Assembly (NCBI GenBank): GCA_965209155.1
Contig: OZ242383.1
Location: 800,001 to 864,000 of the forward strand
From: a bacterium
GTDB lineage: Bacteria > SAR324 > NAC60-12
Length of the DNA stretch: 64,000 bases
Reading direction: 5' to 3'
Both the position numbers and the translations under genes were made by a program. Below are positions 47,452-57,754 of this stretch, piece after piece (positions within the stretch are counted from its first letter, which is position 1; each line of letters begins with the position of its first letter). The notes beneath the pieces are model-generated. The model was not told the DNA's origin. It made no database searches and saw only the letters and a program-made list of their open reading frames with translations.

Positions 47452-49947
47452 TTATGTACTCCAAACTCTGGCGATAGTGGTTTGAATTTTTCCCTCCATC
47501 CGCTCTACCAAGTCCCGGCAGCTAGCGATGTGAGACTCCTCTGTTTCTATCTCCTCAACGATACTATTCTGAGTCGCAAGAGGTGGTACGGGGATGCAAT
47601 AGGCGGCCAAGGACTTTGCGTTTATGTTGGATTGACCTATAGCACGGGTCGCGAATTGTTTGATTCCTGTCTGAAATCCTTTTGTATTCATGAAGGTGTT
47701 TAGATAAAACGGATTTGCTACATCTTTGAATATAGAAAGGCGAATTAAATAGGAAGCGAAGCAGTAGTCTCCGACCTGATCAAAGATGCCAGTACGACCG
47801 ACATGTTCGTAGCTGTTGGTTCGATTAAAAAGAATATCGCCAGGAATGAGCCGATATTTGGAAAATTCTTCTGCGGAAATATCAACATACTTCATATCGC
47901 CCGAGTCTGTACATCTGCCATTAGCTATCTCGTTCATGCGAAAAGTTCTATAACCTGTCTCTTCTGTGTTCAATTTCGTAGAGAGACCATATTGGAATTT
48001 TTCACATATTTCCCCTAATGCCACCATGGGCCAGTCGGGGTCGATGGGGATGTGGGGGCGGTAGTGGTCGACGACGGTTCGGGCTCCGTCGATGACTTTC
48101 TGGTAGCCTTCGATTTCTGCGACGATTTCCTTTTGCACCTGGAGTGGTGGTAGGGGAAATTGGAATGTTGAATATTGTTTGGCGTTGATATTTGTAAGTG
48201 TACCTGTCTTTGAGTTACTCAGTATCCATTCACTCCAAGCAATCGACTTAGTCATGTAGTAAACATATTTAGGAATTGCCCGGGCGGGGTTGATACGGAA
48301 GCGAATTAAGTAACCAGCATATTGGTACGTTCCTGGTAAATTTTCGTGAATGTAAGTACGTCCGACGGAACCAGAACGTGCAATGAGTAAGTCATCGGGT
48401 TTTAGAAAGAGATTCGGTTCAATTACCGACGGTGATACTAATTCATTAAGTTTGAGTTTTCCATTTTCTGTAATGTCGGTAATTCGCACATAGCGAACTT
48501 TGTTATCATACAAAATTTTACGTGCACCGGAGCCGTATTCTGGTTTGCTAAGAATGATGCTACCAAGTTCTACCCACTCATACTTCCCTTCTGCAGTTAA
48601 ATTTCCTCGATACCGTTCTCCGCTGAGGTTGTAGTCGCCGTTGGCGGCGATTTTTTCTTTCTCCACAATCAAGCCGAGGGTGGGGTGGAAGTCGTTCAAG
48701 GATTCACCGTTTCGCAGGTGGCGCAGGTAGGCGGTGATTTCCTCGCAGGCTTGGGGCAGGTCGTTCTGCTTGATCGGGCGGCGTTGAGCGCCGAGGTCGA
48801 ATCCGTCGTTTTCCACTTTGAAGAAGGCGACGTGGTTGGTCTTGCGGGCCAGGGTGCGGTCGAGGAGGAGGATGGAGGTCTTCACTCCGGAATAGGGTTG
48901 GAAAACGCCTGCCGGCAGGGAAACGACGGCGACGAGGTAGTCCTCGAGCAACATGCGCCGCAGTTGTTTATAAGCGCCCTGGCTTTGAAAGATGATGCCT
49001 TCGGGGACGATGATGGCGGCGCGTCCGGAGGGGGTGAGGTGTTCGGCCATGTAGTCCACGAAGAGCACTTCGCTGCGTTTCGATTTGACCGAGAAGCGGT
49101 TGTGTGGACGGATGCCTCCCTTGGGAGACATGAAAGGAGGATTGGCCAGGATGACGTCTGCAAATTCATTCCAACGTTCCTCGCTGGTGAGGGTGTCGTA
49201 TTCGTATATGTGCGGGTCGACGAGTTGGTGCAGGTACATGTTGACCAGGGAGAGGCGTACCATGTCCGGCGAGATGTCGTAGCCTTTGATGTTGCTGGCC
49301 AGTCTTTCTCTCTCATCAGGCGTGAGCGTGCTGAAGCCCTGATCGTCGCTGTTGTTTTTCAAAACGTGCTTGTAGGAGGAGATGAGGAATCCGGCGGTGC
49401 CGCAAGCCGGGTCGAGCAAGCTTTCGTCCTTCCTGGGATCGACGAGGGCCACCATGAAGTGGATGATATGACGCGGAGTGCGGAACTGACCGGCGTCTCC
49501 CTGGGAACCGAGGACGGAGAGCAAATACTCGAAAGCGTCTCCCAGGCGTTCCGAGTGGTCGTAGGTGAACTCGTCGATGATCTCCAGGAAGCTGCGCAGC
49601 GTCTGCGGGTCGTGATAGGGCAGGTAGGCGTTCCTGAAGATGTCGCGGAAGAGCGGAGGGATGCCGGGATTTTGAGGCATCCTGCTGATGGCTTCGCTAT
49701 ATAGAGCGAGGATTTCGTGACCTCCCAACCCGGAACGGATCAACTTGCTCCACCCGAAACGGGCGTAGTCGCCGGCAAAGAATTTACGATTGCCACCCAA
49801 CTCTTCACTCTGGGCGTCGATGTCATCCATGAACTTGTAAATGAGGGCGATGGTGACCTGTTCCACCTGGCTCTTGGGGTCGGGGACTTTGCCCACCAGG
49901 ACGTCACGGGCGTTGTCGATGCGGCGTTTGGTGTCGGCGTCCAGCAT
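47452..49947 (-). CDS. Type I RM methyltransferase fused to specificity (two TRD) subunit
   Basis: GQFRTP, DPACGTAGF, NPPF (N6-adenine MTase), then two HsdS-like repeats (PLPPLQVQKEIV; PVPPLATQNSIV). Confidence 0.88.
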   Translation of the reverse strand: MLDADTKRRIDNARDVLVGKVPDPKSQVEQVTIALIYKFMDDIDAQSEELGGNRKFFAGDYARFGWSKLIRSGLGGHEILALYSEAISRMPQNPGIPPLFRDIFRNAYLPYHDPQTLRSFLEIIDEFTYDHSERLGDAFEYLLSVLGSQGDAGQFRTPRHIIHFMVALVDPRKDESLLDPACGTAGFLISSYKHVLKNNSDDQGFSTLTPDERERLASNIKGYDISPDMVRLSLVNMYLHQLVDPHIYEYDTLTSEERWNEFADVILANPPFMSPKGGIRPHNRFSVKSKRSEVLFVDYMAEHLTPSGRAAIIVPEGIIFQSQGAYKQLRRMLLEDYLVAVVSLPAGVFQPYSGVKTSILLLDRTLARKTNHVAFFKVENDGFDLGAQRRPIKQNDLPQACEEITAYLRHLRNGESLNDFHPTLGLIVEKEKIAANGDYNLSGERYRGNLTAEGKYEWVELGSIILSKPEYGSGARKILYDNKVRYVRITDITENGKLKLNELVSPSVIEPNLFLKPDDLLIARSGSVGRTYIHENLPGTYQYAGYLIRFRINPARAIPKYVYYMTKSIAWSEWILSNSKTGTLTNINAKQYSTFQFPLPPLQVQKEIVAEIEGYQKVIDGARTVVDHYRPHIPIDPDWPMVALGEICEKFQYGLSTKLNTEETGYRTFRMNEIANGRCTDSGDMKYVDISAEEFSKYRLIPGDILFNRTNSYEHVGRTGIFDQVGDYCFASYLIRLSIFKDVANPFYLNTFMNTKGFQTGIKQFATRAIGQSNINAKSLAAYCIPVPPLATQNSIVEEIETEESHIASCRDLVERMEGKIQTTIARVWST

Positions 49948-49956
49948 GGGATTCCT

Positions 49957-52506
49957 CTAAGCGGCGAACTGGTTCAGGGAAACGTAATCCTTGATGTACT
50001 CCGGAACCAGGGTCTTGAATTGATGCGGAACGGCCTGGAAGTCGGTGAGGGAAAGGACGGAATTGGTGGAAAGATCGGTGAAATCCCCGACATCGACGAC
50101 GTGGCGGACCCGGTTACTGGTCAGGTATGCTTTGAAAAAGGTCTTGATGGCCGGTACGGTGAGGGCTTCCTTCACTTTGTAATCGTCAACGAATTTGTGG
50201 AATTCCTCTTCGAGCAATTCGTCCCGGGACTTGAAACGGGGGATGAGGTCGAAGACCTTTTCCAGGATCTCGCGCAGGCTCAGGCGCCGGTCCACGGAGG
50301 CGGCTTTGCGCAACTTGTCGAGGCTGTAGTATTCCTCGGGTTTGTGGAACACTTCACGGTGGACGTAGTCGATCACGCGCTCCCACTCTCCGGATTCGAT
50401 GGCCGTGACGACCGTCTCGTCCCGGCGCACGGTATCCGCGAACCGGTCGAAGAGCATGCGGTCGATTTTCATGCCCTCGAGGCCGATGGGCGTTTCACTG
50501 ATATGGGAGAGGGCGTCCTCTTGCATGTATTCATAACCATAGCCGGTGATTGCGGTGGCGTCCTTTTCCCGCGTACCAACTTGCGACGAAGGGGATTGGG
50601 GGAGTTGCAGGACCTGGTCGTAGTCGAACTCCTGCTCGAAATATTCACAATTGCCGAAGAAATCGAAAAGCTTGAAGGCGGTTTTCTTCTGCTGCGATGG
50701 GTTGAGTTCTTCTTTGAGACGGGTATCGGAAAGCTGTTCCGCAAAGTCATGCTTGCGCGTGCCGCGTCCCTTGATCTGGACGAATTCGGTGGGAGAAAAG
50801 ACAGGGCGGAACATGCCGAGATTGAGAAGGTCGGTGCAATCGTAGCCGGTGGTCATCATACCCACGGTGACGCAGACTCGGGCTTTGCTGGTACGGTATG
50901 CAGGCAGAAAATTGCAGGCGCCGAGCAGGTTGTTGTTGGCGAAATTGATGGTGAACAACTGGGCGTCCGCTATCCGGGAGGTGACTTGAACCGCGAAATC
51001 GGACTGGTACCTGCCGGGAAAGACGGCATCCGCGAGTTGATTGAAGATTTGGGTGAGACGGGAGGCATGATCCTGGCTGACGGCGAAAACGATGGACTTG
51101 CCGACCTCGCCGCTGATCGGGTCACGCAGGGCATGTTTCAGGAAAGTGCGGCAAAACAGGAGGTTGGTCGCATCGGAAAAGAACTGCTTCTCGAACTGCC
51201 GTTTCCGGTAGCTTTCCTCATGCTGTTCGCCGGCGTCGTCCCTGAAGGAGATGACGAATCCTTCTTCTGAGAGGAGGGAAGTGGTCACCTCCGTACGCGC
51301 ATCGACCACGGTGGGGTTGATCAGACAATCGTCCCTGACGCCGTCGAGCAGTGAATAACGGAAGGTGGGTTGCGCGCTTTCGCATCCGAAGGTGCGGTAT
51401 GTGTCCCGTAGTAAGCGCCGTTCGACCTCGCGGGGATCGTCGGGCCGGGAGCGGTTGTGGACACCCTTGAGGTAGTCGTGGGGCGTGGCGGTCAATCCCA
51501 ACTTGTAGCCCACGAAATAGTCGAACACCGCCCTCGCGTTTCCGCTGATGGAACGATGGGCCTCATCGGAAATCACCAGGGTGAAATCCGTGGGGGAAAA
51601 CAACTGTCGGTACTTGTTGTTGAAGAGCAGGGATTGCACGGTACTGACCACGATCCCGGCCCGTCGCCAGTCTTCGCGTTTCTCCTTGTAGATGACCGTG
51701 TGGAAGTCGGCGGAGAGCAATTCCGTAAAGACTTTGCGGGCCTGCTCTTCCAATTCCAGCCGGTCCACGAGGAAAAGCACGCGATGGGCGTTGCCGGAAC
51801 GGAGAAAGAGCTTGACGACTGCCGCCGCAGTCAGCGTTTTGCCGGTGCCGGTGGCCATCTCGAAGAGAAAACGGTCATTCCCATCTCGCACCGACTGTTG
51901 CAAGGCATGGATGGCTTTCAGTTGATAAGGACGTAAAAAGCGCAGTTTGTTGATGCGAATGAAACCGGGACGTTCGTTTTCGTTCTTCCACGCCGCCTCG
52001 TCCGCATAGCCGGGGCGTTGGCTGAGCACGATGTAGTCCTCACGAACCTGCTCGTCGAGCAAGCGTTGCGGGAGAGGCGTGACCTTTTGATAGCCGTCCA
52101 CGGAACCGGGCGTGGGAAACGCGGTGACGAGGTGAGGATTGCCGCGCTCGAGATCCCAGAAATAGTGCAGGTTCCCGTTGGAAAGAATGATGAATCGACA
52201 GTTCAGCGAGCGGGCGTACTTGCGCGCTTGCTCTTTACCGCTTAAAGGGTCCTTCTCTTCGGACTTGGCCTCGAGCACGATGAGGGGAAACCCCCTCTCG
52301 TCGAGCAGGAGAAAGTCGATAAACCCCCGGGAGTTATGCTCGAAGTCGTTTCCCAGGTCATCGAGATCGGAGGTTTGAATCGTGACACCCGGCTCAAGGC
52401 GAATGTTGGCGGGTTGGTCCCCTTCCGGGAAGAAGCGCCACCCGGCCGCTTCGAGTAATCGATTGATCTTGATGCGTGCCGCCGCTTCGTTCATTTTGTG
52501 GGACAT
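49957..52506 (-). CDS. hsdR: Type I restriction endonuclease R subunit (nuclease plus DEAH helicase)
   Basis: FID...LEAK nuclease, MATGTGKT, DEAH, GLTATP, TTGYD, QIKGRGTR; start at 52506 or 52494. Confidence 0.85.
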   Translation of the reverse strand: MSHKMNEAAARIKINRLLEAAGWRFFPEGDQPANIRLEPGVTIQTSDLDDLGNDFEHNSRGFIDFLLLDERGFPLIVLEAKSEEKDPLSGKEQARKYARSLNCRFIILSNGNLHYFWDLERGNPHLVTAFPTPGSVDGYQKVTPLPQRLLDEQVREDYIVLSQRPGYADEAAWKNENERPGFIRINKLRFLRPYQLKAIHALQQSVRDGNDRFLFEMATGTGKTLTAAAVVKLFLRSGNAHRVLFLVDRLELEEQARKVFTELLSADFHTVIYKEKREDWRRAGIVVSTVQSLLFNNKYRQLFSPTDFTLVISDEAHRSISGNARAVFDYFVGYKLGLTATPHDYLKGVHNRSRPDDPREVERRLLRDTYRTFGCESAQPTFRYSLLDGVRDDCLINPTVVDARTEVTTSLLSEEGFVISFRDDAGEQHEESYRKRQFEKQFFSDATNLLFCRTFLKHALRDPISGEVGKSIVFAVSQDHASRLTQIFNQLADAVFPGRYQSDFAVQVTSRIADAQLFTINFANNNLLGACNFLPAYRTSKARVCVTVGMMTTGYDCTDLLNLGMFRPVFSPTEFVQIKGRGTRKHDFAEQLSDTRLKEELNPSQQKKTAFKLFDFFGNCEYFEQEFDYDQVLQLPQSPSSQVGTREKDATAITGYGYEYMQEDALSHISETPIGLEGMKIDRMLFDRFADTVRRDETVVTAIESGEWERVIDYVHREVFHKPEEYYSLDKLRKAASVDRRLSLREILEKVFDLIPRFKSRDELLEEEFHKFVDDYKVKEALTVPAIKTFFKAYLTSNRVRHVVDVGDFTDLSTNSVLSLTDFQAVPHQFKTLVPEYIKDYVSLNQFAA

Positions 52507-52709
52507 CAAGATTCTTGAACAACAATTTTCACTTGGGTGGCGCAAGGGCCTCTGCGTCCTTCTCCGATTTCGAATTCCACGACGTCACCCGATTCCAGAC
52601 GTCTGTCCTCGATTTCCGAGTGGTGGACAAAGAGGTCTTCTCCATCTTCCTTTTCAATGAACCCGTATCCTTTTTTCGCGTTGTACCACTTCACTTTACC
52701 TTGTGCCAT
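52506..52709 (-). CDS. Cold-shock domain protein
   Basis: [23 protein letters not shown] (RNP1/RNP2). Confidence 0.92.
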   Translation of the reverse strand: MAQGKVKWYNAKKGYGFIEKEDGEDLFVHHSEIEDRRLESGDVVEFEIGEGRRGPCATQVKIVVQES

Positions 52710-52867
52710 CTTACCTTTTCTGTCATTTGCCAAGTCGATCACCCCGACTGAATGCAGCAGGGATTAAGGTGCCTTCGGTCAAGGCTGAACCAAACTTTGC
52801 TAGGTCTACTGGACTCCCCGGAAAAATTCAAGGGAAATGTGAATAGTGGCAGACTATGCAGGTGCGA

Positions 52868-53191
52868 TTATCCCATGCGCATCCAGAGGCAGTCCACGCC
52901 GTCCAGCGCCATGTGAATCAACAATCCCAAAGCAGGGAGGCGCAGGAGAGGCACGAAACAGAAAACGCCATAAAGCGCAATGGCTTCGTAGGAATGCAAG
53001 GGATGAAAGGGAATGCTGCAGCGATTGGCGTCAAATACTGGTGTAGCAAGAAGATGGTCGAGATCGACCAGGTTCGTACTGCTCATGATCAACCATGCCC
53101 TCCACCAACGGGCTTTGAAGGCCAAGCGAGCCACGATTCCGGGGACCAGGAAGTGTAGAATTACGTGGAGGAGGAGACGCAGCATATTCAA
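52868..53191 (-). CDS. DUF6122-like membrane protein
   Basis: LHFLVP, VDLDHLLATPVFDANRCSIPFHPLHS, IHMALDG. Confidence 0.65.
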   Translation of the reverse strand: MNMLRLLLHVILHFLVPGIVARLAFKARWWRAWLIMSSTNLVDLDHLLATPVFDANRCSIPFHPLHSYEAIALYGVFCFVPLLRLPALGLLIHMALDGVDCLWMRMG

Positions 53192-53212
53192 CGGTCCGGC
53201 AAGCAGGAGTGG

Positions 53213-53836
53213 TCAATAGAGTAAAGGAATCAACTTGAATTTCACTTTCTTTTGATAGGCGCGATACTCGGATATCTTTTCTAAAACTTCTTCCTCATAA
53301 CGGATACGCAGCACGAACAAGAAGATGGCCAGGCAAAAGACCAGTCCGTTTTTCCACGATGGGTAAGAAACGACAATTCCCGTATCGAGCAGGATATAGG
53401 AGGCATAGATGGGGTGCCGTACCAGTCGATAGGCCGCTGCAGTGCGGACACCGCGATATGCGGGAAGGATTCCGAAACACTTACCGAGGGAAAGAGTGGA
53501 CAACAAGGCCATTGCCCCGCCCAGAAAAACAAGAAATTTTCCTGCAGGATGTGGGGAAAGATCAACGACAGTGAACTCGTACATGAGATAATAATTAACG
53601 GAGGCCAGCGCAACCACGAAGGCCAGCGGGGAAGAGGAAAAGGCGAAGGGAGGATGTCGCATGAGAAACAAGACGGCGGCCGTGCCATGCAGCACAAACC
53701 AGATGATCAAATTGGCATCCGGATTGACCCGAATATCCAGGAATGTTTCATACGCCAACCCCAAGGCGATCGTTGCCCACACCAAGTTGAGGTATTTTTC
53801 GGACTGTACCAGTTTTTGCTGCGCGTTTCGCATCAT
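53213..53836 (-). CDS. Isoprenylcysteine carboxyl methyltransferase-family membrane protein
   Basis: Multiple TM segments, YRLVRHPIY, RIRYEE, YRAYQKKV..LIP. Confidence 0.75.
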   Translation of the reverse strand: MMRNAQQKLVQSEKYLNLVWATIALGLAYETFLDIRVNPDANLIIWFVLHGTAAVLFLMRHPPFAFSSSPLAFVVALASVNYYLMYEFTVVDLSPHPAGKFLVFLGGAMALLSTLSLGKCFGILPAYRGVRTAAAYRLVRHPIYASYILLDTGIVVSYPSWKNGLVFCLAIFLFVLRIRYEEEVLEKISEYRAYQKKVKFKLIPLLY

Positions 53837-53846
53837 AACCCGTTCC

Positions 53847-54674
53847 TTACCCGCTGGCTTGCCGCTTTTCCCGGATCAGGTACTTGAAAGTTCGCAACCC
53901 GGTTTCGATCAACAAATCTTCCGCCTCGTCTTTCTTTTCCATTGTAATGAATTCATCCGTGATGCGATTGGCGAAAACGACGCAAATGGAGCCTGCCCGG
54001 AAATTTTTCAAGGAGGAGAGGGTGAACAGCGTGCTGGTTTCCATTTCGAGGTTATAAACGTTGATGGCGTTCAGGTCGGGCACGAGGTCCGGTTTTCTGC
54101 TGGAGAATCCGGCCACGCTGCGTCCCTGTGCTGCATAAAATCCGGAGCAAGTGGCGGTGATTCCTACATGACATCGACTCTTCATGCGGGTGGTGGTTTC
54201 GACAAGGGCTTGCACCATTTCGTAATGAGCAAGGGCCGGGTAACTTTCGGGAACGTAACTCAATGAAGTGTCTTCCAATCGCATAGCCCCCGTGCTGATC
54301 ACCAAGTCTCCGATTTCAATAAAATCCTGCAATCCTCCACAACTGCCGATTCGTAAAAAAGTTGGATTGTCCACGCATTGAGAGAGTTCCACAATGGCGA
54401 TTTCCGTGTTGTCACAGCCTATGCCGGTGGCACATACGGTGATTCGTTCCTCCTGGTATTCTCCGGTAATGGTCACATACTCACGGTAGCGATTGTCCAC
54501 TTCAACGTGTCTGAATTTGTCGGCGGTTCGCTCCGCCCGCTCCGGGTCTCCGCACAAGAGTACGTAGTCGGCGACTTCACCGGGAGCGGTGGCAAGGTGA
54601 TACTGACGCCCCTCCGAGTCTTTCACCTCCCGTGCCGATTTCAACCTTCCTTTTGCCGTCGAATGACTTTTCAT
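53847..54674 (-). CDS. Uridine/nucleoside phosphorylase
   Basis: GDPERA, REY, TGIG, RIGSCG, EMETS. Confidence 0.88.
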   Translation of the reverse strand: MKSHSTAKGRLKSAREVKDSEGRQYHLATAPGEVADYVLLCGDPERAERTADKFRHVEVDNRYREYVTITGEYQEERITVCATGIGCDNTEIAIVELSQCVDNPTFLRIGSCGGLQDFIEIGDLVISTGAMRLEDTSLSYVPESYPALAHYEMVQALVETTTRMKSRCHVGITATCSGFYAAQGRSVAGFSSRKPDLVPDLNAINVYNLEMETSTLFTLSSLKNFRAGSICVVFANRITDEFITMEKKDEAEDLLIETGLRTFKYLIREKRQASG

Positions 54675-54892
54675 GACTTCTTTTTTATCGTAATGGCATG
54701 ACTTTTCACTTGAAGATTATTACGCCTATCACCTTGTTGTTGAAAGCGCAAGGCAGACCTCTTTTCTCACTCAATTTGAGGGCTTCCACAATGAGATAGA
54801 ATTTTTCGCTGGTATTTAGTTGGAATCGTGTTACATAATAATCGTCATCATGCCATTGAATCCTTGACCCGATCCCTGTAAAGAGATCCTGG

Positions 54893-55426
54893 ATGAATTT
54901 TTGTAGTCACTGCGGAACACGCGTCCGATTGGGTATCCCTCCTGATGACAACCGGGAGCGATACATCTGCGATGCTTGCGGTAAAATCCATTACGAGAAT
55001 CCCAATATCATCGCGGGTTGCTTGCCACGTTGGGGAAACAGGATTTTGCTCTGCCAGCGCGCAATTGCGCCACAAAAAGGCCTTTGGACGGTACCTGCGG
55101 GTTTTTTGGAAAATGAAGAAACCGTGGAGCAGGGAGCACTCCGCGAAACCCAGGAAGAAGCCAATGCGGACGTAGAAATCGTACGGCTTTTCGCGGTTTC
55201 CAGTATCCCGCGCATCAACCAGGTCTATATGTTTTTCCTGGCAAACCTGAAGAATCGCAATTTCTCCCCCGGACCGGAAAGCCTGGATTTACGCCTTTAC
55301 AGTGAAGACGAAATCGAGTGGGAGAAACTGGCCTTCAGTTCGGTGGAATTCGCTTTGAAAAAATATTTCCATGATCCCCACAACCCCCAGGTGCATTGCA
55401 ACACGCTTCATTTCAACCGACCTTAA
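54893..55426 (+). CDS. NUDIX hydrolase with N-terminal zinc ribbon
   Basis: FCSHCG...CDACG, Nudix box GFLENEETVEQGALRETQEE. Confidence 0.9.
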   Translation: MNFCSHCGTRVRLGIPPDDNRERYICDACGKIHYENPNIIAGCLPRWGNRILLCQRAIAPQKGLWTVPAGFLENEETVEQGALRETQEEANADVEIVRLFAVSSIPRINQVYMFFLANLKNRNFSPGPESLDLRLYSEDEIEWEKLAFSSVEFALKKYFHDPHNPQVHCNTLHFNRP

Positions 55427-55462
55427 GAAGCACGTCCCGAAATTTTTATCGAAAACAAGAGA

Positions 55463-55666
55463 TTGAACGTGGATGAAGACTTCATTTCAGCAAAAGAATA
55501 CCTTTTCAAAATTTGTCCCTTCTGTGGAGAGTATCCGGAGGTAGAGTTACTGGAAATCGAGCAGTACGTTCTCAGCCATCAATGTCACGTGGTCCAGTTT
55601 GAAAGCGATTACCTGACCCTGGACGCTTTGCAGGATCTCTGGAACACACGGGAAGAGGAGGTCTGA
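55463..55666 (+). CDS. Small Lar-like zinc-binding protein
   Basis: CPFCG...HQC...LWNTR pattern. Confidence 0.45.
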   Translation: MNVDEDFISAKEYLFKICPFCGEYPEVELLEIEQYVLSHQCHVVQFESDYLTLDALQDLWNTREEEV

Positions 55667-55793
55667 GGGATGGACGTTATGGTTCCAAAAAAAGTGAAGC
55701 TGCAACCACGCAATAAGGAAGGTATCACTCTCTATCCTTTTCCCCGTCTTTTTATTGTTGCTCGCGTTTGAAAAACGAGGCCCGATTTTCCGC

Positions 55794-57752
55794 TCAAACA
55801 GGGCGATTGAAGCGTTTTTCCAATTCTTGTTCGGAAATTTCTATTGCAATCGGCCGTCCATGAGGATGGAATGAGACGGATTTTATAAGGTCCAGACGGG
55901 AAATCAATTCCCGCATGACCTCCAACGAAAGCGTCTCTCCTGATTTGATAGCGGCATGACAAGCCACTTTTTCCAGAATATGCTGGATTATTTCATCAGG
56001 TCTTCGACTTTTTCCGAAAAGAACCAATTCCTCCAGCACCGACAAAATGGTTGCCTGGCAGACATCCTGTTTTAACAGGCGAGGGATGCCGTGAATGGCA
56101 TAAGTCGTTTTACCGAAAGGTTCGATGTTGAATCCCAACTTCTGAAAATATGAAAGATGCTGTTCCAGTAAAATCGCATTTTGAGGACTGAGTTCCATGA
56201 GCCGGGGAACCGGGAACGATTCGGTCCGGATGTTGTCTGCTTGAAATTCTTCACGATAGTGGGCGTAGTGGTCCTGTTCCGATGCCGCGTGCTGGTCGAA
56301 GAGTATGATTCGATCTTTTTTTTCAACCAGGATGTAGCGGCGTTGAATTTGTCCCAAGACGCGCAAGGGTGCTTCCTTCAGCGGGTTCGTGATAGCTTCT
56401 GAAGATAAGGTAGAGAGGGGGGGCGTTTTTTTGTCCGAGCTGGTTTTCAATGAAACGGAGTGCTGGGGTACCGAAGCATGCCTGGCGCCACCTTTGGATT
56501 TTTTGTTTTTCTTCTCACTGGCCCGTCCGGGAGTTCGAAGAGAAGTCGTTTTTGCCGCTCTTGTGGATGACGATTCCGAGGAAATGGGAATTTCCATTTG
56601 TTCTTGCGGGAGAGGGCGCTGGGGATTGGGAAATATGGAAGTTTGAAACGAATCGGATGGCTTTGCCGAAGGGCGATCCAAATCTCGAGACGGGAAAGTT
56701 TCACGGGCGATGGTTCCTTGCATTTGATTGCCGAAATGCCGCCGATGTGAAGCCTCCATGAGCGCTTTTCCCAACTGGTCGACCAAAATGGTATGTATCA
56801 ATTGACTGTTACGAAAACGAATTTCCGTTTTTGCGGGGTGGACGTTCACATCCACCTCGGAGGGGTCCAGGAACAGTTTGAGAAAAAAAACCGGATGCTG
56901 GTTTTTCATCAGCAAGGTGCGATAAGCGTCATAAATGGCATGGTTCACTGGAGGGCACTTGACGAAGCGATCATTGACGAACAGGTATTGCCAGCGCTTC
57001 GTAGATTTGGCGTGAGTGGGGGCAGAAAGAAAACCTTCATATTGTAAATAGGATTCCTCATATTCGATGGGGAGCAATCCTTCTTGAAATTCATCACCAA
57101 AGAGTTGGTAAATGCGTTGTTCCAAAGACTCCCCTTTGGGAAGGCTGAATACCGACTGTTGGTTGTGGATCAAGCGGAATTGAATATGCGGCCAGGCCAG
57201 CGCTTGATGCAAAATCGCCTCTTGAATATGGCGAAATTCGGTGGGGGTGGTTTTCATGAATTTCAGACGAGCCGGCGTGTTGAAAAAGAGATGCTCGACG
57301 GAAATTTTAGTCCCACGAGGGAATCCCGTTTTCGACAATTCCTCCAAAGCCCCCCCTTTGATCAGTAACCTTGTCCCACCTTGGTTATCATCATGACAAG
57401 TCAATAGTTCAAATTGAGACACGGAAGCAATTGAAGCGAGCGCCTCTCCACGAAATCCCAAGGTCTCGATTTGATCCAAATCCTCTTCCTCGTATATTTT
57501 ACTGGTGGCGTGTCGTTCAATGGCCAAGCGGGCATCGTCTTCGTCCATTCCACTGCCGTTGTCCAGGATGCTAATCAAATCCTTTCCGCCATTTTTCACA
57601 GTCACCGAAATTTGATCCGCTCCGGCATCAATTGCGTTTTCCACCAACTCTTTGATGATGGATGCCGGGCGTTCCACCACCTCACCAGCCGCTATCTTGT
57701 TGATGAGTTGCTCCGGAAGAATTTTAACAGGTCGGTTGACGGAATCGCGCAT
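55794..57752 (-). CDS. mutL: DNA mismatch repair endonuclease MutL
   Basis: IAAGEVVERP, ENAIDAG, GFRGEALASI, VDVNVHPAK, DQHAASE, ACHAAIK, PHGRP. Confidence 0.95.
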   Translation of the reverse strand: MRDSVNRPVKILPEQLINKIAAGEVVERPASIIKELVENAIDAGADQISVTVKNGGKDLISILDNGSGMDEDDARLAIERHATSKIYEEEDLDQIETLGFRGEALASIASVSQFELLTCHDDNQGGTRLLIKGGALEELSKTGFPRGTKISVEHLFFNTPARLKFMKTTPTEFRHIQEAILHQALAWPHIQFRLIHNQQSVFSLPKGESLEQRIYQLFGDEFQEGLLPIEYEESYLQYEGFLSAPTHAKSTKRWQYLFVNDRFVKCPPVNHAIYDAYRTLLMKNQHPVFFLKLFLDPSEVDVNVHPAKTEIRFRNSQLIHTILVDQLGKALMEASHRRHFGNQMQGTIARETFPSRDLDRPSAKPSDSFQTSIFPNPQRPLPQEQMEIPISSESSSTRAAKTTSLRTPGRASEKKNKKSKGGARHASVPQHSVSLKTSSDKKTPPLSTLSSEAITNPLKEAPLRVLGQIQRRYILVEKKDRIILFDQHAASEQDHYAHYREEFQADNIRTESFPVPRLMELSPQNAILLEQHLSYFQKLGFNIEPFGKTTYAIHGIPRLLKQDVCQATILSVLEELVLFGKSRRPDEIIQHILEKVACHAAIKSGETLSLEVMRELISRLDLIKSVSFHPHGRPIAIEISEQELEKRFNRPV

Positions 57753-57754
57753 AT

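Noticed and set aside
49717..51270. 517-aa plus-strand ORF (also 48685..49704)
   Set aside because: Antisense shadow of the GC-rich hsdR and MTase genes; no motifs.
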